Positions 51,891 to 62,412 are shown, counted from the first letter of the stretch. The stretch is 64,000 nucleotides of DNA from Nitrospirota bacterium (GCA_035623825.1 DASPSR010000045.1:1-64000); one strand, 5' to 3'. The notes: generated from the sequence alone by a model not told the origin. Translations and numbers: made by a program.

Positions 51891-52533
51891 GCTCAGCGGG
51901 CTCTGCCTGATCCTTGACCAGGCAGTGCTTCGCGCCGATCCCGCGCAGGCCATGTCACAGGCCCTTGCCGCAGGCGTGAGGTTTTTCCAATATCGAAACA
52001 AAAGCGGGACAAGGCGTGAAATCTACGAGACGTCAATGCGGCTGGCCCTCCTGGCGCGGGGGGCAGGGGCCCTATTTATCGTAAATGACCACGCGGATAT
52101 CGCGCTTGCGGTGGACGCGGACGGGGTCCACCTGGGACAGGATGACCTGCAGATAGAGCATGCCAGGGGCCTGCTGGGGAGCGGTAAACTCATCGGTGTC
52201 TCGACACATAACCCCGAGCAGGCGAAGGACGCAGAGGCCGGAGGCGCCGACTACATAGGATTCGGGCCTATATTCCGGACTTCGACAAAAGACGCTGGAC
52301 CAGTTCAAGGGATCGAAATGATACCCGTGATCAAAAGGACCGTCGCGGTGCCCGTCTTCGCTATCGGCGGCATCACGCACGGAAACGTCGATAAGGTGAT
52401 AGCTGCCGGCGCGGATGGAGTGGCGGTAATATCAGCTATCCTTTACGCGCCTGACAGAAAGGCCGCGGCAGAAGAGCTGATGCGGAAAATTCGGCGCAGC
52501 AAAAATCTGGAGCCGGGAGTCGGGAGGGGATGA
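51887..52533 (+). CDS. thiE: Thiamine-phosphate synthase; 5' end appears frameshifted
   Basis: [29 protein letters not shown]; conserved first strand LCLILD lies upstream of GTG 51925 and out of frame with ATG 51887. Confidence 0.88.
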
Positions 52534-53646
52534 ATGATGAACAGGTTGACTAAGTTTGTTTTCATCGCGTTTGTTGCGGTACTCGCGGCTTCCAGTTGTA
52601 CCCGTCAGGATGATCAGGTGATCAGGATCGGAGCAGCGGGGCCGATGACCGGCGACCAGAGCAAAATGGGCGTGGATCTCAGGAATGCCGTAGAGCTTGC
52701 CGTGACAGAGTGGAACGAAAAGGGAGGAGTCCTGGGGAAAAAGATCGTGATGCTCGCGGGCGATGACCAGGCCGATCCCAAACAGGCAGTGTCTATCGCG
52801 AACAAGTTCATCAACCAGAAGATCGTTGCTGTCGTCGGCCACTGGAATTCGAGCTGTTCGATCCCCGCATCGAAATATTACAGTGACGCGAACGTCGTCA
52901 TGATCTCGCCGGCTACGACGAACCCTCAGCTGACCTTGCAGGGCTTCAAAAGGGTTTTCCGCGTCTGCGGAACCGATGACCAGCAGGGCCGGGTGGCCGC
53001 TGAATTTGTGTTGAAAACGCTCCATCCCAAGAGAGTCGCCATCATCCATGACAAGACCGCATACGGCCAGGGGCTGGCCGACTTCTTCAAGAAGGCCCTC
53101 GGTGACAAGATCCAGGTCGTTTATTACGGCGGGATCATCCAGCGTGACCCCGATTACAAGGCCGTGCTCACGACGATCAAGGAGAACAAACCGGAGCTCT
53201 ATTTCTTCGGAGGCATCTATCCTGAAGCTGGCAGGCTCGTGAGACAGGCGAAGGAGATCGGCATGAACATCCCCATGATGACCGGGGACGGCGTATTTGA
53301 CCCCACCTTCATCAGCATCGCCGGCAAGTCGGCCGAAGGCACCTACGTAACGTTCGGTCGGGAGCCGGCCGGCCTCTCGTCGGCGAAAGCATTCCTGGAA
53401 AGATACAAAGCCCGCTACGGTGATCCCGGCCCCTATTCAATATACGCTTATGATGCGGCAAATATCATTCTTACATCCATTGCAGAGACCGGGACCACGG
53501 ATGGAAGCAAGCTCGCGGAGTTCATTTCCAGGACGATCTTCCATGGCGCGTTCGGCGACATTGCGTTTGACCAGAACGGCGACGTGACCAAAGCGCCCTA
53601 TGTGGTGTGGCAGGTGAAAAACGGAAGGTTCGAGCAGTTACCGTGA
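52534..53646 (+). CDS. Branched-chain amino acid ABC transporter substrate-binding lipoprotein (LivK/J-like)
   Basis: GPMTG, DDQADP, GHWNS, HDKTAYGQG, YDAA. Confidence 0.92.
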   Translation: MMNRLTKFVFIAFVAVLAASSCTRQDDQVIRIGAAGPMTGDQSKMGVDLRNAVELAVTEWNEKGGVLGKKIVMLAGDDQADPKQAVSIANKFINQKIVAVVGHWNSSCSIPASKYYSDANVVMISPATTNPQLTLQGFKRVFRVCGTDDQQGRVAAEFVLKTLHPKRVAIIHDKTAYGQGLADFFKKALGDKIQVVYYGGIIQRDPDYKAVLTTIKENKPELYFFGGIYPEAGRLVRQAKEIGMNIPMMTGDGVFDPTFISIAGKSAEGTYVTFGREPAGLSSAKAFLERYKARYGDPGPYSIYAYDAANIILTSIAETGTTDGSKLAEFISRTIFHGAFGDIAFDQNGDVTKAPYVVWQVKNGRFEQLP

Positions 53647-53733
53647 TTAGATCGCAAGATAGCAAGAGCACCATGAACGTGGATATGGAGTAAACGCCTT
53701 TATCCTGAATATTTTCTTTATCACTCCGCGGTT

Positions 53734-54636
53734 ATGTTTATACAACAGCTTATCAATGGCCTTACCCTGGGTGCGGTGTATGCGCTCATCGCGCTCGGGT
53801 ATACAATGGTCTACGGCATCCTCCAGCTTATCAACTTCGCCCATGGTGAGGTGTATATGCTCGGGGCCTATCTCGGGATCATCGTCCTCGGATTGCTGAC
53901 CGCAGCCGGGCTCCCAGCCTACAGCCTCGCCCTTACGATCTTTATCTCGATCCTCGTTCCCATGTTTTTCTGCGCTGCCTACGGCGCAGCCATCGAGCGT
54001 GCCGCGTACCGTCCTCTCCGGCAGGCGGTAAAGCTCGCTCCGCTCATCAGTGCCGTGGGTGTGTCGATCATTCTTCAGAACTTTGTGATGCTCACGCAGG
54101 GGAAGGAGTACAAGAACCTGCCCCCTCTTCTTCCTTCTGAGGGTTTTACCTTATTCGGCGCCATCGTATCGCCTGTGCAGATCTTCATTCTGATAGCCTC
54201 AATCCTGCTCATGGTCGTCCTCAATTTATTTGTAGCCAAAACCAGGATAGGCAAGGCCATGCGCGCCACATCGCAAGACCGGGTAATGGCCGGCCTTGTC
54301 GGGATCAATATCAATCAGGTCATTTCAGTAACGTTCATGATCGGATCAGCGCTTGCTGCCGTGGCCGGGGTGATGGTGACGCTCTATTACGGCGTGGTGC
54401 ATTTCTTCATGGGCTATGTGGCCGGTATCAAGGCATTCACCGCCGCGGTGCTTGGCGGGATCGGCAGCATCCCTGGAGCCATGCTGGGCGGGTTCATGCT
54501 CGGCCTCATTGAAAATTTCGGCGCAAGCTATATCTCGAGCGTCTACAAGGACGCCTTCGCCTTTCTGGTCCTTATCATTACCCTTATCATTCGCCCTTCG
54601 GGCTTGCTCGGCCAGAAGTCCCTGGACAAAGTGTAA
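53734..54636 (+). CDS. livH: Branched-chain amino acid ABC permease
   Basis: LGYTMVYG, NFAHGE, AAVLGGIG, RPSGLLG. Confidence 0.93.
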   Translation: MFIQQLINGLTLGAVYALIALGYTMVYGILQLINFAHGEVYMLGAYLGIIVLGLLTAAGLPAYSLALTIFISILVPMFFCAAYGAAIERAAYRPLRQAVKLAPLISAVGVSIILQNFVMLTQGKEYKNLPPLLPSEGFTLFGAIVSPVQIFILIASILLMVVLNLFVAKTRIGKAMRATSQDRVMAGLVGININQVISVTFMIGSALAAVAGVMVTLYYGVVHFFMGYVAGIKAFTAAVLGGIGSIPGAMLGGFMLGLIENFGASYISSVYKDAFAFLVLIITLIIRPSGLLGQKSLDKV

Positions 54637-54775
54637 TGCAAGGGTCCCACGGCCGGCAGCTATCGGGTCACGGATCAGGGAGGATAGGTCATCGTTCGCT
54701 GCCAATAGCAGGTAGCGCGATCTCACGAGCACGAGCCGTGAAATGTTGGCTCCACGCATCATAGGGAGGGTTTCC

Positions 54776-56068
54776 GTGTCTGATATCAAGAAAATGTACA
54801 AGACCATTATGGCTGATAATTTTCCGCCTGAAATGACCGTTTGGTTCGGCGATCAGAAGCTCGTGTACAGAAAAAGGGCATGGAAACTGTCCGACGAAAC
54901 CACGGGAGAACTGATCGAGAAGGGCCTTCGGTACGGAGAGAATCCAGACCAGCAGGCAGCCATGTACGAGCTGGCCGCCGGCAATCTCGTGCTTGCCGGC
55001 GTCAAATTTATCGAACCGGGCAACGGGCTCGTGAGCAGCATCACCGAAGAGCAGATGATCCAGGCAGGCAAGCACCCCGGCAAGACGAACTTCACGGACC
55101 TCGACAATGCCCTCAACATCCTGAAGTTCCTAATGGATCGTCCGGCAGCCGCCATCATGAAGCATAATAACCCCTGCGGCGTCGCCCATGGCGGGACCAT
55201 TGCGGAGGCCTACGACAGGGCGAACATGGCCGACCGCATCGCCGCCTTCGGCGGCTGTCTGGCCGTCAACAGGCCCATCGACAGGCAGACTGCTCAAATG
55301 GCGAGCGCAAACTACCTGGAAGTCGTTGCTGCGCCGGATTATGAGGACGGCGCGGTCGAAATTCTCTCAAAGCGGAAGAACCTTCGCATCATTCGCCTCG
55401 AGAAGATCAGTGAGCTTGCGAAATACCGGGACAAGAACTTTGTCGAGTTCAAAGCACTCATCGACGGCGGCCTTATCGTCCAGCAGTCACAGGCGAATAA
55501 GATAAGAAGAAAAGAGGATTTCCAGGAGGCGAAGACTACATACAAGGGGAAGGAATATAAGATTGAACGGAGACCGACCAACGCGGAGTATGACGACATG
55601 CTGTTCGGCTGGAATGTGGAGCAGGGGATCACATCGAACTCGGTCATCTATGTGAAGGACGGTGTCACCGTAGGCATCGGGACGGGCGAGCAGGACCGGG
55701 TCGGCGTGGCCGAAATAGCCATCTTCAAGGCCTATACGAAATATGCCGACGCCCTTTGCTTCAGGAAGCATGGCATCCCGTACAAGCAGTTCGAACTCGA
55801 GGCGAGCCAGGGGAAAAGGGATAAAGCCGCTCTCCGCGAGATCGACGAATTGACCAAGAAGGACAAGGGCGGCCTCACCGGGTCCGTCATGGTCTCGGAC
55901 GCCTTCTTCCCGTTCAGGGACGGTGTTGATGTGGGTATCAAGGAGGGGATATCGGCGATCGTTCAGCCCGGCGGCTCTGATCGCGATTTCGATGCCATCA
56001 CGGCCTGTAACGAGGCCAATCCTAAAGTGACGATGGTCTTCACCGGTCAGCGGGTGTTCAAACATTGA
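54776..56068 (+). CDS. PurH-related AICAR transformylase-domain protein lacking the usual N-terminal MGS/IMPCH domain
   Basis: LRYGENP.Q, KHNNPCG, SDAFFPF, QPGGS; RBS GGGAGG before GTG 54776. Confidence 0.85.
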   Translation: MSDIKKMYKTIMADNFPPEMTVWFGDQKLVYRKRAWKLSDETTGELIEKGLRYGENPDQQAAMYELAAGNLVLAGVKFIEPGNGLVSSITEEQMIQAGKHPGKTNFTDLDNALNILKFLMDRPAAAIMKHNNPCGVAHGGTIAEAYDRANMADRIAAFGGCLAVNRPIDRQTAQMASANYLEVVAAPDYEDGAVEILSKRKNLRIIRLEKISELAKYRDKNFVEFKALIDGGLIVQQSQANKIRRKEDFQEAKTTYKGKEYKIERRPTNAEYDDMLFGWNVEQGITSNSVIYVKDGVTVGIGTGEQDRVGVAEIAIFKAYTKYADALCFRKHGIPYKQFELEASQGKRDKAALREIDELTKKDKGGLTGSVMVSDAFFPFRDGVDVGIKEGISAIVQPGGSDRDFDAITACNEANPKVTMVFTGQRVFKH

Positions 56069-56147
56069 TCAGTTGAACGATCAAGACGATCCCCATCTCC
56101 GATCATTCGGGTCTGCACGGATAAAGGCGGAGGAGGCCGGAGGCCTT

Positions 56148-56927
56148 TTAAATCAATTTCCTTATCTCCGGCAGCTTCTCCTCGGCCGCCTTCCTGCCGC
56201 GCCGTAGAAGTTCACGCGACTTGGACAAGTCATACAAAGCGATGCCGGTCGCGTTAACCTGAATGGCCACATCCGCGAGCTTTTCCTCTTCCCGCGAGTT
56301 CCGCGAAGCCCAAAGCATGGACAGATGGGTCGCGATCTTTATGATATTGTCGTACTCGTCAAATTCCAGCGCTTTGTAATTCACATTGACGGAAATTACC
56401 TGCTTCGCCCTTAATTCTTCTCGCACCGCTCTTACGGGCACTTGGCTGGCGACGCCGCCGTCAACGAGAACCTTCCTGTTTATCTCGGTGGGGGTGAATA
56501 TAACAGGCAAACTGCAGCTGGCCTGCACCGCCCTCGCGATTGAACCGCTCGTTATAACGACCTTCTCGGCGGTCCTCAGGTCTGTGGCGATGGCTGCAAA
56601 GGGGATGGAAAGGGAGGAAAATTTCTTGACCGGGAGGACATCTTCCATGAAGCGGTAGATGCCCTCGCTCGACATTAGCCCTCGTTTGGGAATTGTGAAT
56701 TTAAGGATGTCCTTCCATTTGGCATGGAGCAGAACGCGCTTGATCTCCGAGGGCGTCATGCCGGATGCATAGAGAGCGCCGACGATGCTGCCGGCGCTCG
56801 TGCCTGCGATGGCGTGGATGGGGATTCCTTCCTGCTCAAGGGCGTCTATGACGGCGATATGGGCGATTCCGCGAGCAGCCCCTCCGGAAAGCGCCAGCCC
56901 TATTGATGGGTTAGATGTTCCAGGCAT
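56148..56927 (-). CDS. Patatin-like phospholipase
   Basis: GGAARG, GTSAG, DGG. Confidence 0.92.
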   Translation of the reverse strand: MPGTSNPSIGLALSGGAARGIAHIAVIDALEQEGIPIHAIAGTSAGSIVGALYASGMTPSEIKRVLLHAKWKDILKFTIPKRGLMSSEGIYRFMEDVLPVKKFSSLSIPFAAIATDLRTAEKVVITSGSIARAVQASCSLPVIFTPTEINRKVLVDGGVASQVPVRAVREELRAKQVISVNVNYKALEFDEYDNIIKIATHLSMLWASRNSREEEKLADVAIQVNATGIALYDLSKSRELLRRGRKAAEEKLPEIRKLI

Positions 56928-56963
56928 GGTTCCCTTTGAGGATGGAAAAGAAGGGGATGTTGA

Positions 56964-57566
56964 TTATTTTTTTACCAGCCTTTTTACTGCGTCCTTAATG
57001 TGCCCACCCATGTCTTCAAACGCATAGAGGATACACAGGTACGTCGATGACGACTTCGGCGAGCACTCGCCGGTTACGAGCCTGTCCTCGTGAGCGGTCG
57101 CGTAATCGTTCGCCATACGCTCGATCATGTCGCTCTCTGCAATGGCGCTGTCGATGGTGGCTTGAGCCCCCGTAATGGTCGCCTCGCCTGCCTTTTTGAG
57201 AACATCTTTGGTCTTCGTGAAAAGCTTGCCGGTCTCAAGTATGGCCTTGTCGCTGAACAGCATCCCCTCCTTGATCCTCGTGCGGCTGCTATCGGCGATT
57301 CGCGAGATGCTCGTTGCGATCTTTTCTATGTGCGAGGGGACGGTCAGAAGGGCACGTGCTTCATTATGTGATGACGCCATTTTCGCAAGCGTCCCGGTAA
57401 GAAGGTTCTCCTTGGTTTGGATCTCCTTGGCAAGATCGTCGGCCTGATCCAGAGCCGATATCTTGTTTTTCGTGAACCCGTCCTCAGTAAGTTCCAGCAT
57501 CTCCTGTGCCTTGTGCACGACCAAGTAGATTTCTTTTTTGATGTCCTTTAGAGTCTGTTCCGGCAT
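56964..57566 (-). CDS. PhoU-domain-like protein
   Basis: Helical; FSDKA and HEDRLVTGEC resemble the C-terminal domain of Na/Pi cotransporters. Confidence 0.65.
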   Translation of the reverse strand: MPEQTLKDIKKEIYLVVHKAQEMLELTEDGFTKNKISALDQADDLAKEIQTKENLLTGTLAKMASSHNEARALLTVPSHIEKIATSISRIADSSRTRIKEGMLFSDKAILETGKLFTKTKDVLKKAGEATITGAQATIDSAIAESDMIERMANDYATAHEDRLVTGECSPKSSSTYLCILYAFEDMGGHIKDAVKRLVKK

Positions 57567-57804
57567 AAGATGCGCTCTCCTTTCAGCAAATCCTGTCGTT
57601 TATAAGTAGTATGGCGACGCGAAAACTGAGAAACTATAGCAGAAAACCATTGATATGACATGTTAAATTTTTTTATATTTATATTTTAATGATTTATAGA
57701 AAAGGTTGCCGTTTACGCATCATGAGGAATTTACGATACGGCCATGCGATGATGCGCGGCGTGTGATAACTGCGTGATGTTTTGGACTTCTGTCGGGTTT
57801 TTCC

Positions 57805-57833
57805 TTGACATACCAAGTGACCGCTGGTATAAA
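57805..57833 (+). promoter_or_regulatory. Sigma70-type promoter
   Basis: TTGACA, 17-nt spacer, TATAAA with upstream TG. Confidence 0.6.
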
Positions 57834-57872
57834 CTAATCCATTGATTTTCTTGTTACTCTAGGGAGCATGAC

Positions 57873-59138
57873 ATGCCCTTTTTTGCCGGAGAAATCTTTG
57901 TCAGCGAGGTCTCTAGTAAACCAGTGCTCGATCAGACCGGCGAGGAGATTGGCAAGCTCAGAGATATTGTCGTGGGCATGGGTGACCTTTTCCCCGCCGT
58001 CACTGCGCTTGTAGTCGGCGCAGGTAAAGATGACTATATCCTTCCCTGGGAGAGCATCAATCTCTTTAATCGGCGCGTCATTTCGGCGAACGTTTACGTC
58101 AAGGACCTCAAAAAAGCATCGGCTGCGCCAACCGATATCCTTATCTTCCGTGACCTCCTCGACAAACAGATCGTGGACATCAACGGTGCCAAGCTGGTTC
58201 GGGTTAATGACCTCAAGCTGGGCGACGTCAAAGGGAGGCTGTGCCTCGTAGCGGCAGACATCGGGTTGGGGGGCCTCCTGCGCAGGCTCGGGGTAGAGTC
58301 CCGCGGGGAAAAACTCTTTTCCCTGTTTCACTACAAGCTCCAGCAGCGGCTGATAGGATGGCATTATCTCCAACCCATCGAACCCAAGCTGACGCGCCTG
58401 ACGCTCACGATCTCCCGGCAGAAGCTGCCCAGCCTCCACCCTGCCGACCTGGCAGAGATCATCAGCGAAGTTTCCCAGAAAGAGCGCACGGCGATCTTCG
58501 GCAGCCTGGACGTGGATACGGCCGCTGAAGCCCTGCACGAGCTCGAACCGCGCGTGCAGGCGGATATTATTGACGACATGACCAAGGAGCGGGCGTCGGA
58601 CATCCTGGAGCGAATGCCCCCCGACGAAGCCGCGGACGTGCTCGGCGACCTGCCTGAAGCGAAGGCCCAGGAACTCATCAACCTCATGGAGAAAGAAGAG
58701 GCTGAGGACGTGCAGGAGCTTCTCGAACACGAAGAAGACACCGCGGGCGGCCTCATGACCACCGAATATCTGGCGTTTCCGCCAAATATGACCGTCGATG
58801 AAGCCATCAAGGAACTGCGGCTCGAGGCTCCGAACGTCGAGACCATTTACTACCTGTATATTATCGATGGTGAAGAGCGGCTGCTCGGCGTGCTATCGCT
58901 CAAGCATCTTATCCTCGCCGCGCCGCATGAGAAGCTCAAGGATATCATGATAGCGCCGGCAAAGACCCTGCCGCCTGAGGCAGGCGAAAAAGATGTGGCA
59001 GAATTCATTTCAAAATACAATCTCCTCGCTGCGCCCGTGGTGGACGACAACATCGTCATGCGGGGGATCGTGACTGTGGACGACGTGCTCGATTTCCTTA
59101 TGCCGCCGGCGTCGAGGAAGAAGCGCAGGAGGCGGTAA
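57873..59138 (+). CDS. PRC-barrel/MgtE-N/CBS cytoplasmic protein
   Basis: DKQIVD..G.KLVRVND, LHPADLA, TAGGLMT, CBS pair; no TM domain. Confidence 0.88.
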   Translation: MPFFAGEIFVSEVSSKPVLDQTGEEIGKLRDIVVGMGDLFPAVTALVVGAGKDDYILPWESINLFNRRVISANVYVKDLKKASAAPTDILIFRDLLDKQIVDINGAKLVRVNDLKLGDVKGRLCLVAADIGLGGLLRRLGVESRGEKLFSLFHYKLQQRLIGWHYLQPIEPKLTRLTLTISRQKLPSLHPADLAEIISEVSQKERTAIFGSLDVDTAAEALHELEPRVQADIIDDMTKERASDILERMPPDEAADVLGDLPEAKAQELINLMEKEEAEDVQELLEHEEDTAGGLMTTEYLAFPPNMTVDEAIKELRLEAPNVETIYYLYIIDGEERLLGVLSLKHLILAAPHEKLKDIMIAPAKTLPPEAGEKDVAEFISKYNLLAAPVVDDNIVMRGIVTVDDVLDFLMPPASRKKRRRR

Positions 59139-59208
59139 CTGCTCCTTTCACGCAGTTCCGCATCGCAGGTTTAACCCGTACCTCATCAATGCGAAGAAGA
59201 CAGAAACG

Positions 59209-60432
59209 ATGACCCGCTGGAAAAAATTCATACTGCTCTTGTCTGTTATCGGTCCCGGCATCATTACCGCGAACGTTGACAATGATGCAGGAGGGATCAC
59301 GACCTACTCCATGGCCGGCGCGCACTTCGGCTACTCCCTGCTGTGGTCTCTCGTCCCCATCACGGTCGCGCTCATCGTGGTGCAGGAAATGTCGGCGAGG
59401 ATGGGGGCTGTCACGGGCAAGGGTCTTGCCGAGCTCATCCGGGAAAATTTCGGGGTTAGAGTGACCTTCTGGCTCATGCTGTTCCTGTTCGTCACCGACC
59501 TCGGAAATACCGCCGCGGAGTTTGCCGGGTGGGCGGCAAGCAACGAAATATTCGGCATCAGCAAATACGTGTCGGTCCCGCTCGGCGCTTTCATCGTATG
59601 GCTTCTTGTCGTAAAAGGGACCTACCGCGTTGTCGAAAAGATTTTTCTGGTCATCTGCGTCGTCTATCTCGTCTACATACCGGCTGCCGTACTGGCAAAA
59701 CCCGACTGGGTTGATGTCACACTGCAGACCCTCAAGCCGTCGTTTCAGTTCAATACGCCCTATGTAGTGATGCTTATAGGCGTCGTCGGTACGACCATTG
59801 CCCCCTGGATGCAGTTCTACATCCAGTCGTCGATCGTCGAAAAGGGCATCAGGAAGGAACAGTACTGGGCATCGAGGATCGACGTGATCGTCGGATGCTT
59901 TTTGACGGACATTGTGGCTTTTTTTATAATTGTTGCATGCGGCGCAACACTTTTCAAGGCTGGCGTGCATATCGACACCGCCGATGCCGCAGCCCGTTCG
60001 CTGGCGCCGCTCGCCGGCAGATACGCCTCGATCCTGTTCGCGGTCGGACTCGCCAATGCCTCTCTATTTTCGGCGTCCATCCTGCCCCTTGCGACGGCCT
60101 ACTACATCTGCGAGGGCATGGGTTGGGAGGCCGGCGTCAGCAAGACATTCAAGGATGCGCCCCAGTTCATGTGGCTCTATACCATCCTGATCGTCATCGG
60201 CTCGTTGATCGTCCTCATCCCGAATTCGCCTCTTATCGCCATCATGTGGATATCGCAGGTGATCAACGGGGTCATGCTGCCCTTCGTGCTCATCTTTATG
60301 CTCTTGCTGATCAACAAGCAGGATCTGATGGAGCAATACACCAACTCCAAGACGTTCAACGTCATCGCCTGGGTGACGGCTGTGGTGATGATCGTGCTGA
60401 CGTTGATGTTTGTGGCCACGATGTTCTTTTGA
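59209..60432 (+). CDS. NRAMP-family divalent metal transporter (probably Mg2+-type)
   Basis: GPG, DNDAGG, GTTIAPW; paired with MgtE-N protein. Confidence 0.88.
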   Translation: MTRWKKFILLLSVIGPGIITANVDNDAGGITTYSMAGAHFGYSLLWSLVPITVALIVVQEMSARMGAVTGKGLAELIRENFGVRVTFWLMLFLFVTDLGNTAAEFAGWAASNEIFGISKYVSVPLGAFIVWLLVVKGTYRVVEKIFLVICVVYLVYIPAAVLAKPDWVDVTLQTLKPSFQFNTPYVVMLIGVVGTTIAPWMQFYIQSSIVEKGIRKEQYWASRIDVIVGCFLTDIVAFFIIVACGATLFKAGVHIDTADAAARSLAPLAGRYASILFAVGLANASLFSASILPLATAYYICEGMGWEAGVSKTFKDAPQFMWLYTILIVIGSLIVLIPNSPLIAIMWISQVINGVMLPFVLIFMLLLINKQDLMEQYTNSKTFNVIAWVTAVVMIVLTLMFVATMFF

Positions 60433-60477
60433 GATCCGGGACGACTGACGATCGGGAGACGGAAAGGCCGCCCAGAA

Positions 60478-61134
60478 TTACCGGCGCCGGACGACGCCTC
60501 GCTGATCGCAGGCGGAGCATATCCAGCACCGGGAGCAAAAGGGGGATACGGGCTGACAGATGCTCTGACCGAAGGCGACGAGGACGCCGTTCAGGTCCTT
60601 CCAGAATCGTTTGGGCAGCACCTGTCGAAGGGCGAGCTCCGTGTCATTGGGGCTTTTCGTCGTCACCAGCCCCCACCGGTTTGTGATTCGGTGAACGTGG
60701 GTGTCGACGCAGATGCCGTATTTATTGAACCCGCGGGTCAATACGAGATTGGCGGTCTTTCTTCCGACGCCTTTTAATGCGAGCAGCTCCTCGAGCGTAT
60801 CAGGAACCCGCGAGTCGTGCGTGCGGATGATCTCCCTGCTGATGTCCTTGATTGTTCCTGCCTTGACCCGGTAAAAGCCCACGGGATAGATGGCCCTTTC
60901 TATGGTTTTGAGGGAAAGCCGGGACAGCGCCTCCGGCGTTGAAGCGAGTGCGAAGAGACGTGCAGATGCATCTTCCGTCGTTTTGTCCTGCGTCCTGAGG
61001 CTTAGGATGCAGGAGATCAGTATTTTGAAAGGGTCACGGTCCTGGGAAGCGAAGTCTTCGAGCCACGGGATGTGGAGGGTTTTTACCTGTTTTTTGAGCG
61101 TCGGCCAAACCTTGATAAATTCCTTGACGGTCAT
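60478..61134 (-). CDS. nth: Endonuclease III
   Basis: [18 protein letters not shown]-x6-C-x2-C-x5-C; start overlaps queC stop. Confidence 0.93.
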   Translation of the reverse strand: MTVKEFIKVWPTLKKQVKTLHIPWLEDFASQDRDPFKILISCILSLRTQDKTTEDASARLFALASTPEALSRLSLKTIERAIYPVGFYRVKAGTIKDISREIIRTHDSRVPDTLEELLALKGVGRKTANLVLTRGFNKYGICVDTHVHRITNRWGLVTTKSPNDTELALRQVLPKRFWKDLNGVLVAFGQSICQPVSPFCSRCWICSACDQRGVVRRR

Positions 61135-61862
61135 TGCCCGTGCCCGCGCAAGTCCCGTTCGTACGGGATCGGGTCCTTGATCCCGGCTGCCCTGAACCCT
61201 TTCAGCCGTAAAGCACAGCTTTCGCACCTCCCGCACGCCTTTTCGCTGTTCTGATAGCAGCTCCAGGTCAAGTGAAAGGGAGCTCCCATCTCCATGCCTT
61301 TCGTCACGATCTGCGACTTCTTCATGTGGATGAGGGGCGTGACGATCGCTAGCTGCGTCTCCGGCTTCGTGCCCATTTCAATGACCTTGTTGAATGCCTG
61401 GTAGAACGTCTCGCGACAGTCGGGATAACCCGAACTGTCCTCCTCCACAGCGCCGATAAAGATCTTCCGGGCGCCGATCACCTCGGCCCAGGACGTGGCG
61501 ATGGAAAGGAGATGTGCGTTCCGGAAGGGGACGTAAGTGGACGGGATTGCGGACTGCGCAGGGGGGGACGGCGATACCGCCGTGCTTTCGGTGCGCACGA
61601 TGTCTACCTCAGGCACCGGGATACTCGCGTCCGTCAGGCTCGACCCGCCGATCACCTTCAAATGCTCAAGGCTGACCGAGAGCCGTTTCTCCGCCTTGTA
61701 GAAACCGGCTATATCGTTGAACGCCTGAAGCTCGCGCGCTTCTGTCCTCTGGCCATAATTCACATGCAGGAATGCCAGCCGATACTCCTGGTTCGCTATT
61801 GCGGCCGTGACGCAGCTGTCCATGCCCCCGCTCATGAGCACCACTGCCATATCCTTTTTCAT
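61131..61862 (-). CDS. queC: 7-cyano-7-deazaguanine synthase
   Basis: SGGMDS, YGQR, TYVPFRN, YPDCR, TWSCY...CGRCESC. Confidence 0.96.
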   Translation of the reverse strand: MKKDMAVVLMSGGMDSCVTAAIANQEYRLAFLHVNYGQRTEARELQAFNDIAGFYKAEKRLSVSLEHLKVIGGSSLTDASIPVPEVDIVRTESTAVSPSPPAQSAIPSTYVPFRNAHLLSIATSWAEVIGARKIFIGAVEEDSSGYPDCRETFYQAFNKVIEMGTKPETQLAIVTPLIHMKKSQIVTKGMEMGAPFHLTWSCYQNSEKACGRCESCALRLKGFRAAGIKDPIPYERDLRGHGQ

Positions 61863-61926
61863 ATGGTCAATCTACCAGTATCGGCAGTAAAATTCTACAG
61901 CTTTTTGAACGGTCCCGGATGCCGGG

Positions 61927-61970
61927 AAAGAAAATCCCCGACGGGGTAAACCGGGAACCCCATCGGGGAC
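61927..61970 (-). terminator. Rho-independent terminator
   Basis: Minus strand TCCCCGATGGGGT...ACCCCGTCGGGGA followed by TTTTCTTT. Confidence 0.7.
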
Positions 61971-61988
61971 TGGGGGGAGTGTTTCGGA

Positions 61989-62126
61989 TCAGTGCGCTCC
62001 GTGAATGAGCATGGGCAAACACCGGGTACAGACGATCTTTTCTTTGCCTTCGTGGAAACAGGGGAGATACACCCTGGTCTTATCATCGGCTCCGCAGACA
62101 AAACATTTGATTTCTTTGCTGACCAT
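61989..62126 (-). CDS. Small Cys-rich (Zn-finger-like) protein, 45 aa; missed by ORF track
   Basis: RBS GGAGGAG; MVSKEIKCFVCGADDKTRVYLPCFHEGKEKIVCTRCLPMLIHGAH. Confidence 0.75.
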   Translation of the reverse strand: MVSKEIKCFVCGADDKTRVYLPCFHEGKEKIVCTRCLPMLIHGAH

Positions 62127-62127
62127 G

Positions 62128-62340
62128 CTACTCCTCCAGGGCGTTGATTTCGTCGACGATCTTGTTCGGATCGATGTTATGCATCATCGAGCCGAATGAA
62201 ATGGACTCCATGTTTATCCCGGGGCAGGTGAAGCAGCCGTTCCCGAAATATTTCTGGATAACCGCCTTGGCTCCCGGGCTCATCTTTATCACATCTCCAA
62301 TGATTGAATCCTTCGTGATTTTCTTTTTCTCCGCGATCAT
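62128..62340 (-). CDS. DUF1858-like protein
   Basis: ITKDSIIGDVI..P, GCFTCP, ESI, H.ID; RBS AGGAGG. Confidence 0.85.
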   Translation of the reverse strand: MIAEKKKITKDSIIGDVIKMSPGAKAVIQKYFGNGCFTCPGINMESISFGSMMHNIDPNKIVDEINALEE

Positions 62341-62369
62341 AGTGACCTCCTTGGTTATTGGTTGATCAT

Positions 62370-62412
62370 ACTATAGCAAAAACGCCGTTTCCCCGATATG
62401 ACCTGCATCATA
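62370..62412 (-). promoter_or_regulatory. CRP/FNR-family (HcpR-like) box with class II promoter geometry
   Basis: TATGA-N6-TCATA palindrome 62397-62412; minus-strand -10 TATAGT at 62375-62370. Confidence 0.55.

Noticed and set aside
54637-54775. ZTP riboswitch upstream of the purH-like gene
   Set aside because: I could not find the conserved ZTP aptamer motifs by eye.
57873-60432. Split MgtE-N/CBS protein plus NRAMP as a novel system
   Set aside because: This pairing is already known for NRAMP-related Mg2+ transporters; no M-box riboswitch was recognisable upstream.
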